Positions 1-10,704 of a DNA stretch of 64,000 bases are shown here, piece by piece. Each line of letters opens with the position of its first letter. Within the stretch, counting starts at the first letter, position 1. The translations under genes were made by a program, and so were the position numbers. This stretch comes from Selaginella moellendorffii. Lineage: Eukaryota > Plantae > Lycopodiophyta. The stretch spans positions 809,533 through 873,532 of the forward strand of contig NW_003314317.1 of NCBI RefSeq assembly GCF_000143415.4. Direction: 5' to 3'. The notes below the pieces were generated by a model, which saw only the letters and a program-made list of their open reading frames with translations, had not been told where the DNA came from and ran no database searches.

Positions 1-3000
1 CGTGGATAGAACCGCCGTGGGGAGCTTGATGTTCACGTTGACGGATGGAGGCGCTGTCGGCGCAGGATATGCAAACAACGCGGGCTTCGCATCAGAGATG
101 ATGTCAAACTTCGGCATCCTCAGCTCGTGGTTGAGTCCGATGAATGCTGTTGGTGCGAAAGAGAGGCTGACGAAGTACGTCAGCGGGTACCAGTACCAAA
201 ACTGGGTGAAAACGGCCATCCCCACGACTGCCATCACCCGGTCGTGACCAGTTCGCGACTGCAGAGATATGGTCACATTCCTGCCTCCGGCATCTAGTAT
301 ACCATACGCCAGTATGGCTCCCATCTTGCTCATCGTGTCCTCGTGTTTGTCACTAACAATTTTGTCGAGTTGACGCCTGCGAGAGGAACATCACTTCTAA
401 GCGTTATACTGCAAATAGCTGACAAACCTGAAAACAGCAACGTGAGGCTCTCGGGCTTCGGTAGCCTGCATCAGAACCATCGCCATAGCCATAAGTGCTC
501 CCTGGCGAACAAAGTCCACAGCGTCTGACGTCAAAGGTTCCAGAAGCGAGATCGCCTCACTGGACGCAGTTCCAGCACAGGAGATTCCGACAGCCATAGC
601 CGCGCCGTAACGAACGTGAGCGTTGTACGACTCCGACAAAAGGGAGACAATTTTTGGAGTCTAAGAAAAAAAAGAAAAAGTTAGACGTCGTCATATGCAA
701 GAGAAATAGTGAATCTTACCTGAGTAGGATCAGAACATAGCACGAATCCAAGAGCCAAAACTGCTGCTCTTCGGACATCGTCACTCACGTCCGAAACGGC
801 AAAATGCAGCAGACGGCGGATAGCACTGTTGTTAGACGTGCCTCTATAAGCCAGAGCCAGGGCGTACATGCCACCATAGCGAAGAATAGGATCCTGATCC
901 CTTGTCATCTGCTCGATCAAAGTATCTGCTTCTTCTTCACGACCATAGACAACCAGCGCTATTCCAAGAGCCAGCCCCCTTATAATCTTCTCGTGTTGTG
1001 TATCGTGAGCATACGTGAGCATTTCTCCGGCTTTATCGCTGGCGCTTCCAACCATAAGCAGACCCATAGCAATCCCTGCCGCCTCGCCAGCGATGGCGCT
1101 GTCTGTATACAGTACATGTTTTATGTCTTCATAGATTTCATCGTCGGCAGTGCCCAGTGCGGCTAGTCCTAGTCCAAGACAAGCACCATGTTGGATCACC
1201 TGCATCACAAGTACCAAAACATTATTTACAAACGTCTTACTGAGAATGACGCTTACCTCATTGTTTGTTTTTCTCAAGCTTTCTAGTAAGAACGACTTGA
1301 TTCCTTCACCGTGGTTAGCATGTATTAGTCCTAAAGCGTAAAGAGCTCCACCTTCCGAGTATGGACTTCCCCCACCAGTCCCACCATCTTGAGGTAGATA
1401 TGGGGCCATTAAAGAGCGGCCCTGCTGCAAATGACCTCTGTGAATAACACCCAGCCCAGCCGTTGCACTAAACTTTGCCCAATTGGTGGCCCGACTCAGC
1501 CAATCCTAACAATATGCTCTTCAATCAGCCGCAGCATTAACAACAAAAAAAGAACGCTCACCAGATTATCGCGCAAAAACGTATCCACTGTTGTCCCCGC
1601 ATGCATCAAAGCATTGGAGTATATTGTAGCGCTGTGACAAACACTGTTTCTCGTTTCAACTGAATGCTTGATAGTCTTCAGAATAAGGAGGTCGGACCTG
1701 AAAACATAGCAGGCATAAGAATCGAGAAAGATAACAATGGTCTTACTTGTTACGGCTGTATAAAAACTGTAAAGTGAGATGGATAGGTGTTTCTCCAGAA
1801 AGAATGCCCTTCAATTTCCCCATCCTGTCGACATAGATATTATCCTGGGAATCCTCGACGTTAGTGGCTGCTTCTGCACTTGTTGAAACGTCCATCATTC
1901 CGTTTTGTTCTGTAGTTTCCGTATTTTCACCCCCGCCTGAACTACTTCCAGCCCGAGCCTCAGGCAAACGGTCCCTCACGTTTAGTAGGAACAGCTGATT
2001 CTCGTTTTCAAACAAATCGAAGGCGATCTGATAAGCCAAAAGTGCTTCGATCTGCCAATACGAGTAACAACTTCAGTATCAACGTTAACGGAAGCATTAT
2101 TACCTTGTCTCCTTTGATAAGCTTGTCAAGAATATTAGCGACAGTTTGAGGATCATTTAGAAACATTAGGCACTGGCAGACTGTGAGATAGTCCGGAGAA
2201 TGGAGCCCCTGATGCTGGTTTACAATTAAACGGAGAACCTAGTCAAAGAAAAGGAAGAAAAGATAGAAAAGGTTAGAGCTGAGTATGACAACACGGCTCG
2301 TTCACCTCTTGCCGAAACTCTCGCTTGTCAACATGAGTCCGAGCCAGCCGAAAGCAGTACGCAAGCATTCCTGGCACATTCTCACTCTTCCGGATGGCCT
2401 CCTGGAGTTTGTCAAGCCTTTGCGAGTCCAACGCCATGCCTATTGCTTGCTGATACTTTCTATCCTGCATGCACCTAAGACGACACACGGTAAAAAAAAT
2501 GATCAAAGACTCGCAGCAATGCCAGCTCACTTGTCAAGCATCCTTTCCACGATTGCAACAAGGCGAGGATCAATGGCGGTTGCCCCTTCCCCTTCTCGTG
2601 TTTTCCGAAGAGCGATATAGTGATCCAGGCATTTGGCTAAGAACAAAAGGATCAAACTCCATTCGCAGAAGGACGAGAAATAAAATTGCCATACCCACGA
2701 GTGTTCTGACATAGTCGGAGTCTTCCAGAACATCGAAGAGAGAGTTCGCACCTAGAGCGTAAGTTAGCGAGTCGTTGTGCTCGCCCAAATAATAGAACAC
2801 CTAGAAACCGGTGTTAGAAAATTCCGCAGCTTGTAGAAAAATTCGCTCACCTTGGAAGCCACAAGCGCAGCGAGCTCTCTCTGCTCAAAATACTCATCCT
2901 CGTAGAAGCTCTCGCTGCCAGGGCACAGGATTTGTGAGAGATCTAAACGTGAGCTACAAACGCTTACATAGTGGAAATGCTTGCCGAAATCTCGTGCCAG

Positions 3001-3107
3001 AAGGAATCCGCGAGAGAGTTGAGATTGTGCAGCGCGTATTTCTTGAGCTGCGGCTGCTGCTCCTGCAGCATCGCCAACAGGCCGCTCGCCGTGCTGGCGA
3101 CCGTCAT
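1..3107 (-). CDS. RPN2: 26S proteasome regulatory subunit RPN2/PSMD1, multi-exon, 3' end runs off the window
   Basis: ATG at 3107 ([30 protein letters not shown]). Exons encode [68 protein letters not shown] (PC repeats). Short GT-AG introns. Confidence 0.97.
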
Positions 3108-3169
3108 CGTTGCTCCTCCCACCAAACCCTAGGGGATCCAAGAACCCTAAAAACACAATTTACTGCTAA
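3108..3169. promoter_or_regulatory. Very short divergent intergenic region with telo-box motifs
   Basis: AAACCCTA at 3124-3131 and AACCCTAA at ~3143-3150 between the two divergent ATGs. Confidence 0.6.
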
Positions 3170-5151
3170 ATGTCCTTCCTCCGGGCCGATGATGCGGAGT
3201 GGATGCGCGAGCTGCCCGCGATCCCAAAGGCGCCGGCGGCCGCCACGACGCGATGCTTCGCGAGGTGAGGTCCCACATTTCTCTGGATCGATCGGCGCAT
3301 CGCGATTTCTTTTTGGATTGCCAGGCGCGGCAAAGTGATTCGGCTGGATGACCTCGTTGTGGACAACGATAAGGAGAAGCGGCAGAAGGAGCAAAAGAAG
3401 AAGCGGCGAGATGAGAGTAGCGAGAGCTCGGATGATGACGACGATGCCGCGACCGAGAGCCAGAAGAAGCTCGCGGCGCTCATCAAGAAATGCTCCGACG
3501 AGGTATGGGAGGGAAAGAAAAATTTCGTGGCTCTCACAAGAAATTCTTCCTGCGCAGCTGGGAGATGAATCCAGCATGAGAGATGCTCCAAAGTGGGGAG
3601 AGCAAGTTTTTGGAGCTCAGGTAATCTCACAAAGTTCTCTCTTTCTTTGTTCTTCTGTGCTAACTTTTTCTCTAAGCAGGATCTTCCAGTGAGTCGTCTC
3701 GAGCTGGAGTCTATCCAATGGCTATCACTGGCCTCAAGGACTTCGCGTAGGGACCAAGCTAGCGAGGACGACGGTATATTTTTTCCAAGTGTAAGCTAGT
3801 CATTCTATCGATATTCTTGCGTCCAGGGGAAGAGTTTTTGCTGGATCTCCTTACCGGACAGTGGATGTTGCCGCTCTTTCTTCACGGAAAATCGAGCCCA
3901 GCTCTTCTGCCATACATCTTTGACAAAAGTAAGCTTTTGTTTTGGCCAGTTTCTCTCACTGACGCCTTGAACAGTGACGTACTCTTCGAATACGCGCATC
4001 CAGCAAGCAGCCTGCTCACTGCTTTGCGAATACTTTCGTAAGCACGTAAATATCTGTTGTCTTGTGTTTTTCTCTTTGAAGCTATTATTTCTTTTTCCAG
4101 GGCGGTGAACTAGACTGGCACCCAGATTTTGTTCGGGTTCTTCGTTGTTATGGCTATCAAGACGCTACTCCTCAGGCTTCAGGTCTGATCCTGCCCCTTT
4201 GATAATAAGTTAAAGAAAGCGATGTACAGATCCCGCGGGAGCAATTGGACCACCTACAAATTTTTCATATGTTCTAGAGTTCTTGGCGGTTTTGTCTCGA
4301 TCAAGGTGAAATCTCTTGTCCTTGATCCAGCTCTCGTCTTACTGACGCGTTTTTATTCATCAGTTTCTTGCAGAAGTCGGAACCTGAGAATTATATTTTC
4401 ATCTTGGCACGGTGTTTGCTGGATAGGAAGCTCCTTCCTTTTTTCTCCTCGATCCAAGACTGCATCGCTCTTCTTGTCAACTACTTAACCGAGGATGAGT
4501 GGACGTTTTGCCTACCGAGGCTCGCACACTCGCTTGCAAGGTCTGGAAAAAATTATATCCATCTCTCTAAAGTTCTAACACTTGCGAGTTTGCACGATCC
4601 AGAGTTAGCAAAGAGCTCGTGAACGTCCTCCACGTAACCAGAAAGCTACGGGGTGCTCGCAAACGGATACAGCAGCTTCGAAGGGAAATATCCTTCGAGC
4701 TCTTGTCAATGACAAACAATGAGGTATTCATCCTGCAAATTATACAAGAGAATACAAGAAAACTGACCATACAGCTTTCGCGTTCTCCAGCTTGAAAGGC
4801 AGCCAAAACAGGTGATCTTCGCACTGGAAGGCTACGATCTAAAAGACAGTGTGGATTTCGTCCAGCTCTATTACCATATGGAGTTGGTTGATATGTGGCT
4901 GAGATATGATCCATCATTTAAGTCCGACGAGGAAGCCTTTAGCACTTGGATGTCTCTTTTGAGAGGCTTTTCCTTGCGGATCTTTTGTGGAGACTATCGA
5001 ACTTTCGCCAACAAGGTTCTGCTTCTTGGGCATTTCTCTACATTTTTCTCTTCGTCGTTCTTCGTTTTTTTTTTTTTTTCCTGCGCAGGTCCGAAATCGA
5101 GCAGCATTCCTCGTCTCAATCTATTCGGAGAAATCAAGTTCTACTTCGTGA
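3170..5151 (+). CDS. ASAP1: ASAP1-like SMC5/6 complex associated subunit (AT2G28130 family; NSE5/NSE6-type), multi-exon
   Basis: Spliced reading gives RGKVIRLDDLVVD, KWGEQVFG, EEFLLDLLTGQW, TYSSNTRIQQAAC, GPPTN, LLDRKL..IQDC..TEDEW..LAHSLA, DYRTFANKVRNRAAFL*. These are colinear with recalled Arabidopsis ASAP1 motifs (KVIGLDDLLSD, WGLSMFG, GPPQN, LLDRGL, EEEW, DLRSFASKVRTRASYL). Confidence 0.8.
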
Positions 5152-5409
5152 TTTAAATCTGTGATCTTCACTAGAGAAGAATTCATTTTTGTGGAGCTAT
5201 CACGCGGAGAAGTAAATCTCCACGTTTTTGTGAATGCCTTCAAAAATTGAAGAAACTTCTTGAGTCTCTAAATTGGATTTTCCTTATTATTCTATCGTGC
5301 CCAGTTGTAGTTTGCTGGGAAGTATTTAGCCAAGCAAAAACGAGCTAGGGTCAGCCGCATTGGTCAAGCAAATTGCTGACCGAGATGGTCAATATGTCAT
5401 GAAGCGTCG

Positions 5410-5555
5410 GAAAAAAAAAAACAAGAAAAAAAAAAAAGGACGCAGAGAAATGCACAAAACTAGAAAAGTTCGACAAAAGATCTGCAAGGAGAAACCTTTG
5501 AAAAGAGACATCCAAGTGTTAAAGGCTTCCTCATCGGACTCAAACAATATCAACT
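5410..5555 (-). pseudogene. Inverted, deletion-riddled copy of the ASAP1-like 3' exon/intron (4890-5085)
   Basis: AAAAGAGACATCCAAGTG..AAAGGCTTCCTC.TCGGACT is the reverse complement of ~4920-4960; the intron poly-T appears as poly-A. Confidence 0.85.
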
Positions 5556-5655
5556 AGGCGATAGAGTTGAACGCTCTGATATGTCATAAAAATGTGGTGT
5601 TCCCGTTAGGGCAGCCGGTAGCAGCTCTTTTCTTCACGGTCTTCGTGAGCAGCCA

Positions 5656-7083
5656 ATGGTCCCCGAGCCCACTCATAGCAGAGGCGAGGACGGCGAGAAG
5701 CTCGAGGAGGCATGGCGTATCGCCATGGATTTGTTCCTCGAGTGGGACGAGGAGCTCCCACTCGCCTGGAAAGCTTTTCTCCAGTACCCCAAGCCGCTGC
5801 CACAGCTCCCCCAGCAAGTCATCGACACATACCCCGCCGTCTCTCCGCCGCCACTCCCCGAGCTCTGCCCGCTCGACTTCGAGATGCGCTGCTGGGGTTC
5901 CTTCAAGCACGACATGGATCGCTGGCTGGACGAGCAGCCGGACGACGAGCAACGCCTGGCTCCGCCACCTTGTCCCGCATCAAACTTCCGCGACGTCCTG
6001 AGCTCCATGCTCCATATGTCTGGACAGATCGAAGGCGTCTGCTGCGCGGCTCTGGGATGCTACCCCGACTTCATGAACCGAGATCGTTCTTGTGATTCTG
6101 GGCGTAGGATGCGGCTGGTTGGCGTCATGGCCATGGAGATCGATGCTGCGACACTGGAGATTCAAGTTGCGCGGCTATACTCCTATATGCTGCTCACCGA
6201 TTGCTACTTCGGCCTTGTCTCGTGCTACACCCAGACCTTTGCTTGCAAGAGGCTGCCGGGGTTGGAGAGATGCGTGTGGGTCTCGCCTCCAGTTCTCTCC
6301 GACAGTGGCGACGCGCTCAAGGCCTGTGCTTTTGTGGCTTCGCTGAGCCAGAGCTTTTCTCTTGGAGAAACTCCAACTCTCCCAGAGCTCCGAGTTCCAA
6401 CGTACTGCAACTTCTTCTTTGCGAGCAGCACGGGGCCTCGCCCGTTTGATCGCGCGCCGATCCTTGCAAGGCTCCGGGTGCTGGGGAAGGAGCTGAGTGT
6501 CGCAAACATGGACAAGCTCGTCGAGGGGCTTGCATGGCTGGATGAGATCGTGGGGCGAATGGAGCAGCCTTCGTTCTTTTCGCACACTCGGGGAAGGATC
6601 ACAGCTATGGGGGTGTATAAGGGCGAGTTCGTGCTTGTCAAGTTCCGGGATCTCTCAAACAGCCGGTTCAAGGACACGGACTCGTACCTCCGGAAGTTCT
6701 TGCGCGAGGTGGACGTGTATATGAGGCTGCGCGAGTTGCAAGGCGAAGTGATCCCCGAGCTGCTCCAGTATGGATTCATCAGGGGGGCGATGGTGTGCTT
6801 TGTGGTCATCACGGACCACGGCCGCGCCGTGAGAATGAAACCATGGGAGCAGCGTTTCTACAATGGTCCCGAGCTGTGGGAGCACAAGAGTAGCATGGTG
6901 AAGTCGTGCTTGCGCAGGGTTCATGCTCTCGGGGTGCACTTTGGGGGAGAGCCCCTGTGGCTGAAAAGCGATCGAGGGAGTGAGTATATACTCATTACTA
7001 TGTCGCATGGTTTTGTGGATGGTGATCGTGCCGGCATGGCCAAGGATATTGAGTTCGTTAACAAGGTATACCCTCAGCCATGA
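5656..7083 (+). CDS. Intronless Crinkler(CR)-type REase-fold + protein-kinase-like fusion, catalytic residues degenerate
   Basis: 475-aa ORF. YPDF...ARLYSYM..CYFGLVSCYTQTFACKR..VWVSPPV resembles the CR-type REase motif QxYxYM..YGxLxTYxxTWF. VLVK..FLREVDVYMRLRELQGEVIPELLQYG..LRRVHALGV resembles the kinase typically fused to it. Confidence 0.7.
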   Translation: MVPEPTHSRGEDGEKLEEAWRIAMDLFLEWDEELPLAWKAFLQYPKPLPQLPQQVIDTYPAVSPPPLPELCPLDFEMRCWGSFKHDMDRWLDEQPDDEQRLAPPPCPASNFRDVLSSMLHMSGQIEGVCCAALGCYPDFMNRDRSCDSGRRMRLVGVMAMEIDAATLEIQVARLYSYMLLTDCYFGLVSCYTQTFACKRLPGLERCVWVSPPVLSDSGDALKACAFVASLSQSFSLGETPTLPELRVPTYCNFFFASSTGPRPFDRAPILARLRVLGKELSVANMDKLVEGLAWLDEIVGRMEQPSFFSHTRGRITAMGVYKGEFVLVKFRDLSNSRFKDTDSYLRKFLREVDVYMRLRELQGEVIPELLQYGFIRGAMVCFVVITDHGRAVRMKPWEQRFYNGPELWEHKSSMVKSCLRRVHALGVHFGGEPLWLKSDRGSEYILITMSHGFVDGDRAGMAKDIEFVNKVYPQP

Positions 7084-7254
7084 GAGTACTCAGACTGTTT
7101 TGCGAGATTTATAAGCTCATAAACTATATGCCGGATCCTAGTCAATTAAAAGTCAAAAAAGTCAAATAAAGTCAATGAAAATTTTAAAAAATCCACCTTT
7201 TGGAGTCTTTATCGAGTTTGATATTGATTCGAACGTTTAATAATTATTTCAAAT

Positions 7255-9021
7255 TTAAATATTCAAAAAGAGCGCACTTAGTGATACTTCATCGGCCACG
7301 AAAGGCATTGTTGCAGCAAGCTCCATGGCCTCCTCGACACGCCCTGCCCTCGCAAGCACGTCCACGTATCGATTGAAGTGCTCGCGGCTGGCCTGAATGC
7401 CCCCATCCCCTTGCATCGACGCCACACACTGCGCCGCCTCCTCCACAAGCCCGGCGTGGGCAAATGCCGCCAACGCACTCAGGTAGCTTGCGCCGCTAGG
7501 GCTCCATCCCTCGAGCTCCATCGCTCGCAAAGCGCTCACGCAAAGATCCACCCGGCCATTGCGCGCATATCCCTCGATCATCGCGTTCCAGGAGGTGAGA
7601 TCGTGGCGAAACTGGAGCCCGGAAAAGAGCCGCTCCGCCGTGTCAAAATGCCCATTCGCGGCACTTGCGACGATCATTGCGTTTGCGGCAGCCGCGTCTC
7701 TGTGAGGCATTCGAGAGAAGAAATTCACCGCCTCTTCCCACGACTTACTCTCGCCAAATCCTGCGATCATGGTGTTCCACGACACAATGTTTCTATCTCT
7801 CATCTCATCAAACAAATCTTTGGCTTTGTGCATATCTCCCCTCTCGGCTAATGCCGCTAGCATCATATTCCAACACACTGTCGGCGCACGCTCCTTGATC
7901 CCCTCGAATATCCTCTCCGCGCCGTACGCGTCGCCATGGCGGAGATATGCTTGGACCAGCGTGGTCTCGGCCACCGCGTCCCGTACGGGCATCTGATTGA
8001 ACACCCACTGGGCTTGCGCCACGCGTCCGGCTAGAGCATATACCGAGAGCATCGCCTTCCACGCCACGATATTCCACTGGGGCATCCGCGCGTGTGTGTT
8101 CCTGGCGGATTCCACGCGGCCGTGGTGAGCGAATGAGGGGATCATCGCCGCCCAGCAAACAAGATCCCGGCACGGCAATGCATCGAAGAGCTCCTTGGCG
8201 CGGATCAATCGGCTGGACAGCGCAGTTGCGACGATGACACAGGTCCAGGGCGCGGCTCCCTGCTGCGGCATTCGCTCGATAATCCCCTCCGCTCGATCGA
8301 TCCTGCCACCGCCCGCCAGCGCCGCGACGATCGCGTTCCAGGCGGCGGGATTTCGCTGCGGCATCGCGTCGAAAATCTCCATGGCCAGCTCCGGCAACGC
8401 GCTCTTTGCGACAAGATCCATCATCGCCGTCCAGGAAACAGTGCTGCGCTCCGGCATCGAGTGGAAGATGGCGCTGGCGCGGTCGAAATCCCCGGTGACG
8501 GCATAGGCCTGGAAGATCGAGTTCCAGGACACGAGATCCTGCGCGGGCATCCTCAAGAACATATCAGCGGCCGTTTCCATCCGGCCAGCGCTGGCGAATG
8601 CCGTGATCATCGTCGTCCAGGAGACGATATTTCGCCCTGGCATCGATAGAAACGCTTGCTCCGCGTGATCGACGCAGCTGCCATGCGAGAAGGCGAGGAT
8701 CAGAGCGTTCCAAGACGCGACGCTCGGGTCGGGGATCTGATCAAACAGCCACATTGCATTCTCCATTTGCCCTTTCCAGGCAAATGCCGCAAGGAGGGAG
8801 TTCCAAGACACCGAGTCTCTCTGGGGCATCTTGTCCAGAAACTCTCTGGCGGTGTCTAAGAAACCTAGCTTCGCGTATGCTGTGATCATAGAGTTCCAGG
8901 ATACCTCGTTACGGAGCTCCATGGAATCAAAGAGGGATTTGGACCACTGGAGATTCCCGCTTTGGGCATATGACGTTAGGAGAATATTCAATGCCTTTGT
9001 GCTGCGCCTATGTCCCAGCAT
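7255..9021 (-). CDS. PLS-class pentatricopeptide repeat protein with truncated E domain and no DYW
   Basis: Many ~31-aa repeats (MP.RD.VSWN.MI.A.A..G). C-terminus HFNRYVDVLARAGRVEEAMELAATMPF. First ATG at 9021; the ORF is open to 9081. Confidence 0.93.
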   Translation of the reverse strand: MLGHRRSTKALNILLTSYAQSGNLQWSKSLFDSMELRNEVSWNSMITAYAKLGFLDTAREFLDKMPQRDSVSWNSLLAAFAWKGQMENAMWLFDQIPDPSVASWNALILAFSHGSCVDHAEQAFLSMPGRNIVSWTTMITAFASAGRMETAADMFLRMPAQDLVSWNSIFQAYAVTGDFDRASAIFHSMPERSTVSWTAMMDLVAKSALPELAMEIFDAMPQRNPAAWNAIVAALAGGGRIDRAEGIIERMPQQGAAPWTCVIVATALSSRLIRAKELFDALPCRDLVCWAAMIPSFAHHGRVESARNTHARMPQWNIVAWKAMLSVYALAGRVAQAQWVFNQMPVRDAVAETTLVQAYLRHGDAYGAERIFEGIKERAPTVCWNMMLAALAERGDMHKAKDLFDEMRDRNIVSWNTMIAGFGESKSWEEAVNFFSRMPHRDAAAANAMIVASAANGHFDTAERLFSGLQFRHDLTSWNAMIEGYARNGRVDLCVSALRAMELEGWSPSGASYLSALAAFAHAGLVEEAAQCVASMQGDGGIQASREHFNRYVDVLARAGRVEEAMELAATMPFVADEVSLSALFLNI

Positions 9022-9049
9022 TGGATTTTCATTGAGTGAAAAAGCGTTG

Positions 9050-9650
9050 AGGATTTCCTTCTCCGTGTGATAGCTCCGCAAAAATCAAACAATGAATTCT
9101 TCTCTACCAAAAACCACAGATTTAAATGAGTTTGATTTTTCCGAATAGATTGAAACGAGGAATGCTGCTCGATTTCGGACCTGCCCAGGAGAGAAGAAAA
9201 GAAAAACGACGAGAAGCATGTAAGACGCAGAGAAATGCAAAAACCCTGTTGGCGAAAGTTCGATAGTCTCCACAAAAGATCCCTTTTTTCCTCATCGATC
9301 ATATCTCAAAACCAGCTCTATACCTGGACGAAATCCACAGTCTTTAAGATCGTAGCCTTCCAGTGCGAAGATCATCAGTGTTAAAACTCTAGAAAGCTGG
9401 AAATAATTTCTCAGACCTTGCAAGCGAGTGTGCGAGCACTCATCCTCGGTTAAGTAGTTGACAAGAAGCAGGATGCAGTATTAAATCGAGGAGAAAAAAC
9501 GGAAGATGAAACTATAGTTCTCAGGTTCCGACTTCTGCAAGAAACTGATGAATCAAAACTAATAGAGAGAATTACTAGTTTACAGTTCGGAAAAAATACG
9601 CCATCGTCCTCTAGCACGAAAAAAAGAAAACTTTGAGATTACCTCACCTT
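9050..9650 (-). pseudogene. ASAP1-like 3' half pseudogene fragment directly upstream of the PPR
   Basis: Reverse complement matches 4360-5215 (QVRNRAAFLVSIYSEK; CAGTTTCTTGCAGAAGTCGGAACCTGAGAA) with deletions. Confidence 0.88.
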
Positions 9651-10230
9651 TCAAAGAAATTCCTCTAGGAGCACTACGAGGACAAACTAAATGCCGTTGA
9701 TTTTATAGTGCTCATAGAGGAAATCCTTTGGAAGACCTAGCGTGGTTACTTTAATGACATTTAATTAGAGTTGGAGAATTAACTTTATGGCTCTGGGGCA
9801 AGAAGATCACAGTTGTCTGGGTCTCTTTGAGCTTCACAATAGGCCTACGAAGAGAGGGAAATAAAAGACGCCAGTCATTCTCAATCCAGACAGAAGCTCC
9901 AGCAGGCAAGCTTCTTCTTGGGAACTCACTGGAAACTTTCAAGGAATCTGCAATGAGCTTGCAATCCCTTGGTCACTGGTTCTGGACCTGGAAGAATCCC
10001 CACTCCTCGCATATCCTCTTTCGTTGGAGCTCCAAGACCTCGGGAGCCTAGCAAGATCGATCAGTGGACTTCCAGCATCACAAACCATTTCTTCCAGTTC
10101 CAGGCAAAGAGATTAGAGATAGAGAGAGGAAAAGCTTGTGAAAGAACTACACGAAGCAAAGGTATGGTGGTCGCGAGCTCTAAATTGACTTGATCAAGAG
10201 AGAAAGAGATAAAGAAAGTATGCATATAGA
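9650..10230 (-). pseudogene. 2OG-Fe(II) dioxygenase 5' fragment (promoter/UTR, exon 1, start of exon 2)
   Basis: Reverse complement matches 20040-20470 and 20975-21150 with deletions. Confidence 0.85.
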
Positions 10231-10432
10231 TTGTTCATTGGAAGAAATACATTTAGTAACTTTGATCCACATTATGCAGTTGATATAAATATTACTCAAA
10301 TTTATGACTTAAAAGTTTGTAACTATAATTAATAACCAACATTTTAGTCATTACATAAAAGTTATAAATTGCAACTCTAACTAGTAACATATATGAAATT
10401 ATCTAGTTTTAAAGTATATATTGTTAAACTGC

Positions 10433-10436
<4 letters not shown>

Positions 10437-10476
<40 letters not shown>
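10437..10476. repeat. (TA)n microsatellite in the IR spacer
   Basis: ATATATAT run. Confidence 0.95.
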
Positions 10477-10480
<4 letters not shown>

Positions 10481-10704
10481 AAAGATTAACTCTATTTTTC
10501 AACTAAATTTTGTATAAATATACAAGTTATCACAAATTACAACATAAACTAAAGCCAATTTTCTAAGTTTATAGCAAGTAATTAAAATTTACAATTAAAT
10601 TTAAAAAACACAAATAATTTATTAAAAAAATCATTATAATACTTTGTTTAGTAACAAATGGACAGAATTTTTGTAATTTTGTATAAATTACTAATAGCAA
10701 TATG

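Noticed and set aside
2811-3630. Several long overlapping ORFs around the RPN2/ASAP1 junction
   Set aside because: Shadow frames of GC-rich exons of the two real genes
7138-7178. Four tandem AGTCAA (W-box TTGACT) motifs
   Set aside because: Lie between two convergent 3' ends in low-complexity A-rich sequence; no promoter context
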